Assembly (NCBI GenBank): GCA_019414045.1
Contig: DXMW01000018.1
Location: forward strand, 4,872 to 68,871
Direction of reading: 5' to 3'
From: Collinsella sp.
Lineage (GTDB): Bacteria > Actinomycetota > Coriobacteriia > Coriobacteriales > Coriobacteriaceae
Length of the DNA: 64,000 nt
Part shown: positions 48,499 to 57,561 of the stretch, piece by piece
How the letters are laid out: each line of letters starts with the position of its first letter
Numbering within the stretch: the first letter of the stretch is position 1
Notes under the pieces: generated by a model
Told to the model about the DNA's origin: nothing
Seen by the model: only the letters and a program-made list of their open reading frames with translations
Database searches by the model: none
Translations under genes and position numbers: made by a program

Positions 48499-50348
48499 GA
48501 AAGATCACTCTCCGTATAGGTTCTTTGGTATCCGAGCAAATATAGGCATATCCCAACGATTATAGAGGATAGGGTTCCCGCAACCGCCGCCTTGGCGACG
48601 ACCGCGGCTGCAAGGCTGGCAATTTCCATATGGTGTGCAAGACAGGACGCCGCTGCGCAGCCGATGCCGGCGACAGCGATGGCGGCGATTGCGGCAAGGT
48701 TTGAGCCCTGATCGGCACGCTTGGCATGGGCATTGAGCAGCGCAGATGACGCCGCGGCAGTTGCCGCTACCAGCACAAAGGCAGCCCAAAGGAGTGGGTC
48801 TCCCAGCGCTGCGGCAACGTTACCGAGCCCCAGCACGCCTCCGGCTGAAAGCGCGACCGTGGCCAGACGGGCAAAAAGCACGCCCATGCCCGTTGCCGCG
48901 GCGGCGCTTGCCGGGCCAAGCCAAAATGACGCGACGCCGGCGGCGACCCCAGCTGCCAGGAAGGTGTTGCCAGTCAGACAGCCAAGCGCGAGTGCACAGG
49001 TGAGCGCGGCGCTCGCGGCAGCCTCGGTGCGACCCCAGGCGATCCACCAACCGGACATGGCGGCGGCAAAGATCGCCGCGACGGGCAACATCGACAGGAT
49101 GCCCTGCGCCTGCATGGTGGCGTTGGCCATGAGCACCAAAAAGCCCACAGCCGAGATGGCCGAGCCGATCTGGGGGGCCAGGCCAGCCGCCGCTCCGATC
49201 GCGATGGCCGCAATGACCAGGCCGGGAAGCGCCGCGACCCCGGCCGTTTGCATCAGCAAAAAGCTAAAGGTGCCGCACGTTAGCGCCGAGATAGCGCGCA
49301 TGGCGTAGTCGCGCGCATGGCTCCAGCGCGTGCCCGCCCAGCCGAGTGCGGGGTCGACCTCGATGGCGTCGTCCTCGTAGTACGACGGCTCGATATCGTC
49401 GAGCTCCTGCTCGTCATCCGAAAGCTCGCCAACCATTTGCTCCAGACTGCGACGGCCCTCGCGCACGCTGCCCAGACCGGCAAGGAGTTGGTCGCAAAAT
49501 GCCTCGATGCTGTTGGGGCGGTCCTGCGGCATGGGGGAGAGCGCGCTCATGAGCGCGCTCTCGGCTCCCGGGGGAAAGTGTGGTATCAGCTCGCTGGGAT
49601 AGGTGGCGCCGCCGATGATACGGCCGAGCGAGTCGGCGGGCGTGGCCGCCATAAAGGGAGCGCTGCCGCACAGGCCCTCGTAGATCACACAGGCGAGGGC
49701 AAAGACATCAGCGCGTTCGTCGACCGTGCCGGTCTCGATATCGAGCTGCTCGGGCGGCATGTAGCCGATGGTGCCGCCGCGCGAGCCGCCAAAGCCACCG
49801 GCGGACGACAGTCGCGCCATGCCAAAGTCGGTGAGCTTTACATTGCCCGAGTGGTCGATGAGCACGTTGGCGGGCTTAATGTCCAGGTGGAGTACGCCAT
49901 TACTGTGGGCGAAGGTGAGCGCCTGGCCCAGGGCATCGGCAATGGCCGCGGCCTCGTCAAAGGTAAGTGAGTGGCCGTCCGCGCGGTGCAAAAACTCGGC
50001 CAGCGACATGCCATCGACATATTCCATAACCAGGTAGGCATAGGCTGTGTCGTGCGTAAAGTCGATGACCTGCACGATGTTGGGATGTTGAAGCATGGCG
50101 GCAGTGTGCGCCTCGCGCAGGACATCCATGATGTCGCTAGCGGGCATGCCGGCACCGTTGATAAGGGGGATGCGCTTAATGGCGACGCGGCGGCGCAGGT
50201 GCGTGTCGCGGCAAATCTCGATGGAGCCAAAACCGCCGGTCGCAAGTGTCTCGAGCGGCTGGTACCGCTTGAGCAGCTCGCGAGAGCTGGTGCCCTCCAA
50301 AGGAACGTCCGGCGAGAACCGGGCGGTATGTTGCGAGAAAAGCGGCAT
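48495..50348 (-). CDS. Ser/Thr kinase with polytopic membrane C-terminus
   Basis: GGFG, VAIK, HLDIKPAN, DFG, GTIGYMPPE, then about 8-9 hydrophobic helices. Confidence 0.9.
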   Translation of the reverse strand: MPLFSQHTARFSPDVPLEGTSSRELLKRYQPLETLATGGFGSIEICRDTHLRRRVAIKRIPLINGAGMPASDIMDVLREAHTAAMLQHPNIVQVIDFTHDTAYAYLVMEYVDGMSLAEFLHRADGHSLTFDEAAAIADALGQALTFAHSNGVLHLDIKPANVLIDHSGNVKLTDFGMARLSSAGGFGGSRGGTIGYMPPEQLDIETGTVDERADVFALACVIYEGLCGSAPFMAATPADSLGRIIGGATYPSELIPHFPPGAESALMSALSPMPQDRPNSIEAFCDQLLAGLGSVREGRRSLEQMVGELSDDEQELDDIEPSYYEDDAIEVDPALGWAGTRWSHARDYAMRAISALTCGTFSFLLMQTAGVAALPGLVIAAIAIGAAAGLAPQIGSAISAVGFLVLMANATMQAQGILSMLPVAAIFAAAMSGWWIAWGRTEAAASAALTCALALGCLTGNTFLAAGVAAGVASFWLGPASAAAATGMGVLFARLATVALSAGGVLGLGNVAAALGDPLLWAAFVLVAATAAASSALLNAHAKRADQGSNLAAIAAIAVAGIGCAAASCLAHHMEIASLAAAVVAKAAVAGTLSSIIVGICLYLLGYQRTYTESDLS

Positions 50349-50507
50349 GGCCAACCCTCGTGCGTTTAAAGTTCGTTTGCGAGCGGCGGGCGCGGGGCCG
50401 AGCCGTTCGCGGTGGCATAGATGCTGCTAGTGTAGCACGCTCGGGCAGATGGCGAGGATAGCGGGATGCGAGGTGGCCCGATCGATTCGGCCCGTTTCGG
50501 CTCGTTT

Positions 50508-50645
50508 GGAAAGCGCATCTCAGTTTTCAGCCAAATTATGGGATGCGCTTTCCAAATGGGGTGGGCTGCGGAAACTGCATCCCAGAATATTGCCCTGGAA
50601 CGGGATGCGCTTTCCGAACCGGCGTCCAAAAGGAAACCGCATCCC
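50508..50645. repeat. Array of five alternating GGAAA(G/C)YGCATCCC units (62-bp period)
   Basis: Units start at 50508, 50540, 50570, 50602 and 50632. Confidence 0.85.
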
Positions 50646-50766
50646 GCTTTGATGTGGGGACTGCGAACAAAAGCCGGACCGTGATCTGGCGCGGATTGGA
50701 GTTCGCCTGAATCATTGATGCTGGCTGGTGTGAGAACAGAGATAAACGAGCGGCTCGAGCGATATA

Positions 50767-52923
50767 ATGACACGCTATGGAGGCCGTATGCTCTTTTCCC
50801 GCCGTTCTGCTACATTTGCCTGCGCCATTGCGCTTGTCGTAATGGCGGTCACCCCTTATCACCGGTTTTCATCTTCAATCGGCCTAGCGTCAGGTGCAAT
50901 GACCTGGCTCGTTATCCTGGGCGCATGCCTCGCGGCGTTTGTTCATGGTGCTGCGCTATGCAAGGGGGGAATGAGAAGGCCGAGGCATCTCGGTGCCATC
51001 GGTGTTTTCCTTGGTGTTATTGCAACGGTTCCCGAATGGGCCGACCTGGCTTTCTATGCTCGCGGAGACTCTATTCCAATCGTGTTTGCACCGATTTGGT
51101 TGTTACATGGCGTTTCGTGTGTCTCGTGCTTTGTTGGATCGCTGCTTCTCTCATATGTTATTTGGGGCACGGCGGACTCTCCTTTGACGCAGAGGTCGAC
51201 ACGGACTGACGAAAGGGAAACTCGTCACCCGCAGGACGCGATTTTTACAGAAACAATAGCCGTCATGTCTTGCCTGCTGTTTTGCTGTCGAGTTTCATGG
51301 AGAGTCGTTCCCGAGCCATGGGGGATGCCCCCTGTAACGGCCGCGTCAATTGGCCTTGCGCTTTTAATTCCGTTGGTCTATCTCGCATTGACTGTGGCCC
51401 CGCCGTTTTGCCGCCCTCGTGCCTTTGGCCATGGGCGGCGCGACGTGTTTGCCTGTTCTGTGCTCGTAGCAGTTCCTATTGGTCTTATTCCGGCTGTTGA
51501 GGCGGCATACTTCGCAAGCGATGCCGTGGTCATTGCATTGCTGGCGATGGGGTCCGTTATCGCTGCTGCCTTCGTATGCATGTTGCTAAGGGGGAAACGG
51601 GACAACAATTCGGATATCGCCTGTGCGTCCGACACATTCGATGCGGGGGTGTTTTCCCCTGCCCTGTCGCCTAGAGAAGAGCAGTTTGTTCGACTGCTGC
51701 TCAAAGGGAAAACGCCGGCGGAAATTGCCAAGGAGACGGATACGAAGCCATCGACGGTGAGAACAACGCTTCACCGAGCATACGGGAAGGCGTCGGTTGC
51801 GGGCTCACGCGAGCTCGTGGCGCTGTTTGCGGGTGAGGGCGATACTGTAGGGCATGAGCTACCGCAGCGGCATGCTGACGATATAGTGGCATCAGCTCGA
51901 ACGCGCCGGCTGTTTCGATGCCTGCTCACATTATTCTTTATCCTCCTTGCGGCGGGGCCCTTGGTAATGGCGGATAGCGATTGGGGGTCCGGTGTTTCGC
52001 GGGCTGTCGCCTTTTCCCTCTTAAGCTACGCATTGGGTCTCGGACTGCTTCTGTCGCTACGCTACGCGGGTGGAAAAGCGAATCGTGGCGCTGCGCTGGA
52101 TAGAGCGGGTGAAGCGATTTGGCTCGGAAGCCCGTACGTATGGGCGGTGCTATCTGCTGTGGAATGGTCTTTTATCTATATCGCAGCATTGATGTGCATA
52201 CGCGTTCCGTTGATGGCTGTGCCGGTCCTGTTTTGCGGCGTGGCGTCTACGGCTTCGCTCGCTGTTGGGCTGCGTCCGTTTAAGGTGCATGCCCATGCTC
52301 GGGCTATCGTGCCGTTGGTGTCAATGGGCATGGTTGCCTTAATCTATGCGGTCGCTAGGGGGCGAATCCATGGACTTGCGGTGCTGACGGGGGTGCTGCT
52401 CACATATATAGTGATGCGAAGCTGTCCGCAGCGCAAAATGCTTGGGATATGGATGCTCTGCTTTGGGGCGACGGCTCCTGTTTGGGCTGTCTTGCTCAAT
52501 ATGGTGCAGGATCTGACGGTTTTCGAGCCGTTGTTCCTCGCGTCGTTGTTGGGGCAAAGTTCGGCTGTCAATGTCGTCGTGGCAACGGTGATTGTTTGCT
52601 GGTCTGTGCCCATGTTCGTTACGCACATCGCGCTCGCCCGCTCGGTTGAGGACGAGAAGGCCGTCTTGGAGTACCGGGCGAACGGGTCCACCGAAACGGC
52701 CCGCGTGCGCCAGCTGGCCCTGCTTACGTCGCGCTCCCTTTCTGATGTTCAGTCGCAAATTTTGCTGATGACGGCAGAGGGGGCAACGACAAAGGCCATT
52801 GCGGAGGATGTCGGTTACGCTGCATCTACGGTGCAAGCGCTGCGGTCTGCATCTTACCGCCAGTTGAAGATCAAGAATAAGGCGGAGCTAATTTTATTGT
52901 TATCGCAGGTAAATAACGTGTAA
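50767..52923 (+). CDS. Membrane-embedded regulator with two LuxR-type HTH domains (start uncertain)
   Basis: LSPREEQFVRLLLKGKTPAEIA...STVRT and LSDVQSQILLMTAEGATTKAIA...STVQ, each after a multi-TM block. Confidence 0.8.
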   Translation: MTRYGGRMLFSRRSATFACAIALVVMAVTPYHRFSSSIGLASGAMTWLVILGACLAAFVHGAALCKGGMRRPRHLGAIGVFLGVIATVPEWADLAFYARGDSIPIVFAPIWLLHGVSCVSCFVGSLLLSYVIWGTADSPLTQRSTRTDERETRHPQDAIFTETIAVMSCLLFCCRVSWRVVPEPWGMPPVTAASIGLALLIPLVYLALTVAPPFCRPRAFGHGRRDVFACSVLVAVPIGLIPAVEAAYFASDAVVIALLAMGSVIAAAFVCMLLRGKRDNNSDIACASDTFDAGVFSPALSPREEQFVRLLLKGKTPAEIAKETDTKPSTVRTTLHRAYGKASVAGSRELVALFAGEGDTVGHELPQRHADDIVASARTRRLFRCLLTLFFILLAAGPLVMADSDWGSGVSRAVAFSLLSYALGLGLLLSLRYAGGKANRGAALDRAGEAIWLGSPYVWAVLSAVEWSFIYIAALMCIRVPLMAVPVLFCGVASTASLAVGLRPFKVHAHARAIVPLVSMGMVALIYAVARGRIHGLAVLTGVLLTYIVMRSCPQRKMLGIWMLCFGATAPVWAVLLNMVQDLTVFEPLFLASLLGQSSAVNVVVATVIVCWSVPMFVTHIALARSVEDEKAVLEYRANGSTETARVRQLALLTSRSLSDVQSQILLMTAEGATTKAIAEDVGYAASTVQALRSASYRQLKIKNKAELILLLSQVNNV

Positions 52924-53032
52924 ACGCCTGAGCAATCAACTCAATAGCGGGTGTTTACAGACATCTTTCTCTATTCATGCGAAGGTTGCCGTGCGTCGAC
53001 GCATTGTTAACCGCTTTTGATTGGAGAAGGCC

Positions 53033-53545
53033 ATGATTAAGCCAAGGAGCGCTATTGCTCGAATCGGAGTCGGCTTGGTGATTGCAGCTGGTCTGTCCCT
53101 AGGGGTTCCCGCTGCATCGTTTGCACAAGAGGAGTTTGACACCTCTCAGGTTTCCAGCATTACTCAAAACGCCGATACGGGAATTACGACCTGTACGAAC
53201 AATGCCGATAAGGCATTTAGTTTTCAATGTGCCGGGACGAGTGCAACTGGCTACCGTCAAAAGGATGATTCCTCATCGCTCTATCTGGATATCCAGGGCC
53301 ATACGGGAAATCCGCTTCGGTTATATACAGACGGTGCGTATAACACAAGCGGTAGCGGCAGCATGAATTGTACTCAGGGAACGTATCGTTCGAATCACAA
53401 GGGACAGTGGGAAATGTATAACCTCGTCCGTGAGAACGGGCGATCTGCGGCGCGACTGACTGCATGGGCGGAGTCTGGCTACGGCACTGTTATTGGTGTA
53501 TGGAGCCCCGACTGCGTCGGGCATTTCCACAAGCTTCCCGCATAG
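53033..53545 (+). CDS. Small secreted protein, DUF2712-like
   Basis: Sec signal peptide (…PAASFA); R-x-K-DD-SS-x-Y and C-terminal GVWSPD motifs; GGAG RBS. Confidence 0.7.
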   Translation: MIKPRSAIARIGVGLVIAAGLSLGVPAASFAQEEFDTSQVSSITQNADTGITTCTNNADKAFSFQCAGTSATGYRQKDDSSSLYLDIQGHTGNPLRLYTDGAYNTSGSGSMNCTQGTYRSNHKGQWEMYNLVRENGRSAARLTAWAESGYGTVIGVWSPDCVGHFHKLPA

Positions 53546-53599
53546 TTGTTTGAAATGGCTCCCTTCCGGCTTTCTGGGTCGGAAAGGGGAGGAGGACGT

Positions 53600-54481
53600 A
53601 TGAACCAAAAGCTCGCAAGATACGAACTGTCGAAAACGATTAGACGTCCAGCTTTTATCCTTGCTCTCTTGATTGCGGTCGCAGTTGCAATAGCTGCCGC
53701 GCTGGAGCCGTGGGCAAATTTGGAAAAAGAGCGTCACAACCTTCTTTCTTTTGGTTACGGCGTTGGCGTGCAAGCCGAAAATTATCTCGGTCAAACACGT
53801 GAAAGCAGCTTCGGTAACTGGATTGTTGTGAGCGCGAACGCGCCACTGTCTGCGTCGGTGTTTTTCTATGCACTGCCCCTGCTTGCAATGTTGGCTGGAT
53901 CTTGGTCGTGTCTCTTTGAGCGTTTGAGTGGTTATGACATGCAGATATGCACGCGCGTTTCCAGAAAGGCGTACGTGAACGTAAAGATGCTGTCTGCTTT
54001 CCTCTCCGCGTTTACAGTGACTGCCATTCCTCTGCTCGTCAATTTCCTGATCGTCTCGATGCTTTTTCCTGCGTATCTTCCTCGGGTCGATGAGTCGACT
54101 TACGTAGGACTTTACCTGCATAGCTACTTCTCCGGTCTATTTTATTCGCATCCTTTGTCATATGTGCTCGCATACACGCTGTTCGATGCTGTCACGCTCG
54201 GGACTTTATCCATGGCTGTAACTGGCTTCTCAATTTTGTTTCGTAGCAGAATCAAAGCGATAATTGTCCCGTATCTGCTAATGGTTGCGTGGCATTTTGC
54301 AAATGGCTGGATCTTCGGCGTAATGGCTTGTGTGGGGTTTAACTGCAATATCCTCAACAGCATCAGGTCGGAATCGCTGAATAACTGGCCAGACATTCGA
54401 GCCGGTTTTGCGGAAATCATATTATTGACCCTTGCTTCGTTGGCTTTTTCTGGGGCGTGGAAAAGACGCGAGGTGGTCTGA
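53600..54481 (+). CDS. ABC-2-like permease/immunity-type membrane protein
   Basis: About 6 TM helices; GGAGG RBS; in an operon with the ABC ATPase. Confidence 0.75.
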   Translation: MNQKLARYELSKTIRRPAFILALLIAVAVAIAAALEPWANLEKERHNLLSFGYGVGVQAENYLGQTRESSFGNWIVVSANAPLSASVFFYALPLLAMLAGSWSCLFERLSGYDMQICTRVSRKAYVNVKMLSAFLSAFTVTAIPLLVNFLIVSMLFPAYLPRVDESTYVGLYLHSYFSGLFYSHPLSYVLAYTLFDAVTLGTLSMAVTGFSILFRSRIKAIIVPYLLMVAWHFANGWIFGVMACVGFNCNILNSIRSESLNNWPDIRAGFAEIILLTLASLAFSGAWKRREVV

Positions 54482-55317
54482 TGCTGTTTAGGCTGGTCGC
54501 CGCGGACCTGAGGACCGTTTTGAAGAAGAACATCATCACTTTTATTGCAATTGCGGCAGTGACCGTTGCGAACTTGGTGTACGCCTACGGATTGTCTTCT
54601 GTGTATGGGGTTAGAACGGATACCTTGGGGTTTGCGGATAATCTTGCGCTCGTGTTTGCCGGATCTGCTCCGTTTGAGCCTAGGCCCGGGGTCATGTTTG
54701 TGCCTCCGCTAGGATGGCTATTTCTCATTCTGCTTATTCTCTATACAACACTCGACTATCCGACCGAATCGTTGCACGGGTTTGGTTTGCAAGCGCTTGT
54801 TCGATGCCGGGCAAGAACCCTTTGGTGGGTCTCGCGTTTTATCTTGGTGGCGGCAGTAACGGCATTTTCACTGCTCGTGGTGGTTTGCTCTGTTGTGATT
54901 TGGAGCTTGGTGGTGAGCTCCTCGTTCAGCGCGGTCATTCATGGTGAGTCGCTTCAACTGGCTAATTTGGCGCCGTGGTTTCTCAAAGCTGCCGAGGCAG
55001 ATGCGCTGCCGTTTTTCATAAGTCTCTTATTTGCTTTTGAGGCGCTTGCGTTTGCGCAGGCAGCGGTTGGGTTTGTGCTTGGGTCGTCAGTCTCGTTTGT
55101 GGTTTTAATGAGCTACCTGATCTGCTCGGCATATGCACGACATTGGGCGCTATTGGGTAACGCCTTGATGCTGTTGCGCTGGGGTGGAATTGTCAAAGAG
55201 GGAATCGCGGCGGGCTCGAGTGTCTTGTCATCAATTGGGCTTATGTCGTTATGCCTATCGTTGGGTGGACTGTGGTTTCGAAGGGCCGACCTTATAGAAA
55301 AGGGGGACAAGATATGA
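54481..55317 (+). CDS. Second permease-like membrane protein
   Basis: About 6 TM helices; translationally coupled on both sides. Confidence 0.75.
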   Translation: MLFRLVAADLRTVLKKNIITFIAIAAVTVANLVYAYGLSSVYGVRTDTLGFADNLALVFAGSAPFEPRPGVMFVPPLGWLFLILLILYTTLDYPTESLHGFGLQALVRCRARTLWWVSRFILVAAVTAFSLLVVVCSVVIWSLVVSSSFSAVIHGESLQLANLAPWFLKAAEADALPFFISLLFAFEALAFAQAAVGFVLGSSVSFVVLMSYLICSAYARHWALLGNALMLLRWGGIVKEGIAAGSSVLSSIGLMSLCLSLGGLWFRRADLIEKGDKI

Positions 55318-55958
55318 GTGTGATCGTAAGGGGCGTATCGAAGCGCATGGGTAAAAACGATGTCCTGCGCAACGTGTCCATCGAGGTTGACCCTGGGACT
55401 GTGGTCGGGCTTCAGGGGATAAACGGTTCGGGTAAGACCATGCTCATGCGAGCGGTTTGCGGGTTGATCAAGCCTACCGAAGGCGAAATCTCTATCGATG
55501 GCCAAAGGCTTGGGGCGGACATCTCGTTCCCGCCGAGTCTGGGGATGTTGATCGAGGCGCCTTCCTTTTTGGGATATCTGTCTGGCTACGACAATCTGAA
55601 GCTCATCGCTCAGATCAAGGGCGTTGCCACCCCCGAGGACATTCGCTCTGCCCTGCGGCTCGTGGGGCTCGATGCAGACGAAAAAAAGAAGTTCCGAGCA
55701 TACTCGCTTGGGATGAAGCAGCGTCTGGGGATAGCTGCGGCAATTATGGAGAAGCCGAAGCTGCTTGTTCTCGATGAGCCAACGAATGCCCTCGACGAAG
55801 CGGGCGTTGAAATGCTCAAGCGCGTTGTGGCGATGGCGGCATCAACGGGTCGTGAGGTCCTTCTGTCCAGCCATGACGGAGAGGTGCTCGAGGAACTGGC
55901 CGATCGGGTTTACTGCATGCGCGACGGTGCCGTTGTGAAAGTTCGGGAAAGGTCGTGA
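55314..55958 (+). CDS. ABC transporter ATP-binding protein
   Basis: GINGSGKT, YSLGMKQRL, LVLDEP, SSH motifs. Confidence 0.95.
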   Translation: MSVIVRGVSKRMGKNDVLRNVSIEVDPGTVVGLQGINGSGKTMLMRAVCGLIKPTEGEISIDGQRLGADISFPPSLGMLIEAPSFLGYLSGYDNLKLIAQIKGVATPEDIRSALRLVGLDADEKKKFRAYSLGMKQRLGIAAAIMEKPKLLVLDEPTNALDEAGVEMLKRVVAMAASTGREVLLSSHDGEVLEELADRVYCMRDGAVVKVRERS

Positions 55959-56623
55959 GCGCGATGAAGAAGACCCTGTGGACGAGAAGATCGGCGCTCG
56001 CGCTTTTTTGCTGTGCTGCTACCGGCCTTGCGGGCATGAGGGTGAGCGTCGTTAACGGGAACCGGACGGTCATTCCTGAGAAATATTACGCGGAGGGCGA
56101 ATGGCTCTCGATGGATGGAGCGTTTCTGGGGTCGAAGGATGTGGTGACTGATGGGTATTCGTTTTGCATAGACGGGGCAGAGTTGCTCACGCCGCGCGAG
56201 TATCTCAAACGAGCACATGACGATTATTCAAAATATGGCACCGTGGATACGAAAACGAGACTGAAGGATGCCGACATCACGTGCGTTATCGCCGTAAAGA
56301 TGCGTGTCAGAAATAGGGATAATATCGACGGTGGAATCAAAGCGTATGTTTGGCATCTGGTTCCGGAGTCTGCGCCAAACTATGATTTTGTAGTCAATAC
56401 CGATCTGATAACGCAAGCCATGCCGGTCCTTGGCGGCTCTGCTGCGTTTGCCGTGGAGGTTGGGGCAGAAAACGAGTTGCTCGTCCCATTTATGATGCAG
56501 AACACCAACGACTATTTCGAAGGTTACGAGACCGTCCGTTTTGAGAAAGCATTTCCCGGGACTTACACGATGAAGATGACCGATCTGCCGGAGCGGAGGC
56601 TCTTAAGGTTTGAAGTGAAATAG
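55955..56623 (+). CDS. Membrane-anchored exported protein (DUF5028-like, tentative)
   Basis: N-terminal hydrophobic anchor and beta-rich domain; overlaps the ATPase stop. Confidence 0.65.
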   Translation: MSAMKKTLWTRRSALALFCCAATGLAGMRVSVVNGNRTVIPEKYYAEGEWLSMDGAFLGSKDVVTDGYSFCIDGAELLTPREYLKRAHDDYSKYGTVDTKTRLKDADITCVIAVKMRVRNRDNIDGGIKAYVWHLVPESAPNYDFVVNTDLITQAMPVLGGSAAFAVEVGAENELLVPFMMQNTNDYFEGYETVRFEKAFPGTYTMKMTDLPERRLLRFEVK

Positions 56624-56728
56624 CTCGAGAGCAAGGCAAAACGGGTCCATTGGCGGTACGCGCGCCCGATTCCAGGCGCCCCGGCCCGGAATCGGGCGCG
56701 GGACGAGGCGCCTTCGGTGTCGGCCGGC

Positions 56729-57445
56729 CTACCGCTTCTTCTTGCTCTTCTTCTGCTTGCGCTGCTTGCCCTTGGTCTCCTGGGGCTTGTCGCCCTGTTT
56801 TGCTTCGGCAGCGGCCTTTTCTGCCTTCATCTTCTTGCGTTTGGTCTCGATGCGGAGTTTTTTGTTGATGCGCGTCTTAAGGAAGGGACCGAACTGCTCG
56901 GCATCGCCGCGGACAAAGGTGTCCTTAGGGATCGTCACGCCCTGGTCGGCGAACATGGCCACAAAGATGCGCTCGCCGTCGAGCACATGGTCGAGCTTTT
57001 CAAACGGGAAGAACTGCGACTTGCCGCTCGTGCCCCAAACCATCAGGCCGTCCTCGTTGGCGGCGACGCGGCGATAGCGGCCACCCATGGACTCGTCGGC
57101 CTCAACGGCGTCGATAAAGTCGCGGGCGAGGGTGTGGTGCAGGTTTTTGCTCCACCAGGCCAAAAAGGCGCCGAATACGATCAAGACGACGCCAAACTTG
57201 ATCCAGTTGCCGCCGGCCACCAGCATGCCGATGCCGATGAGCGCGGCAATTGCCGCGGCGACATACAGCGAGCCGCGACGCCTGGGCGAGGCGACCAGGC
57301 GGGCGAAGTCGGTGACGAGGTCGTTTTCGTACTGGTACTCGTTGAGGTACAGGATGCCGTCATCGGCTGCTGCCTGCTCCTCGAGCGCGACCTCGACCTG
57401 GTCGGCTGCTTCGGAGGGAACGAGGTTGCTCTCTGCGTCTGCCAT
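56729..57445 (-). CDS. YcxB-like membrane protein with Lys-rich tail
   Basis: Two TM helices followed by a domain ending in IPKDTF. Confidence 0.7.
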   Translation of the reverse strand: MADAESNLVPSEAADQVEVALEEQAAADDGILYLNEYQYENDLVTDFARLVASPRRRGSLYVAAAIAALIGIGMLVAGGNWIKFGVVLIVFGAFLAWWSKNLHHTLARDFIDAVEADESMGGRYRRVAANEDGLMVWGTSGKSQFFPFEKLDHVLDGERIFVAMFADQGVTIPKDTFVRGDAEQFGPFLKTRINKKLRIETKRKKMKAEKAAAEAKQGDKPQETKGKQRKQKKSKKKR

Positions 57446-57561
57446 GCTCTTTGGACTCCTATCGCGGCGGGCTCGCCGTACGGGTTATTATGGAATGCAG
57501 TATGCCGTGCGACCGCATGGCCGCCGCGGCAACAAGACTCAGTATACCCGGGGGAGCACCC

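Noticed and set aside
57446..57561. SRP RNA (ffs), often found upstream of dnaX
   Set aside because: No conserved SRP domain IV motif visible
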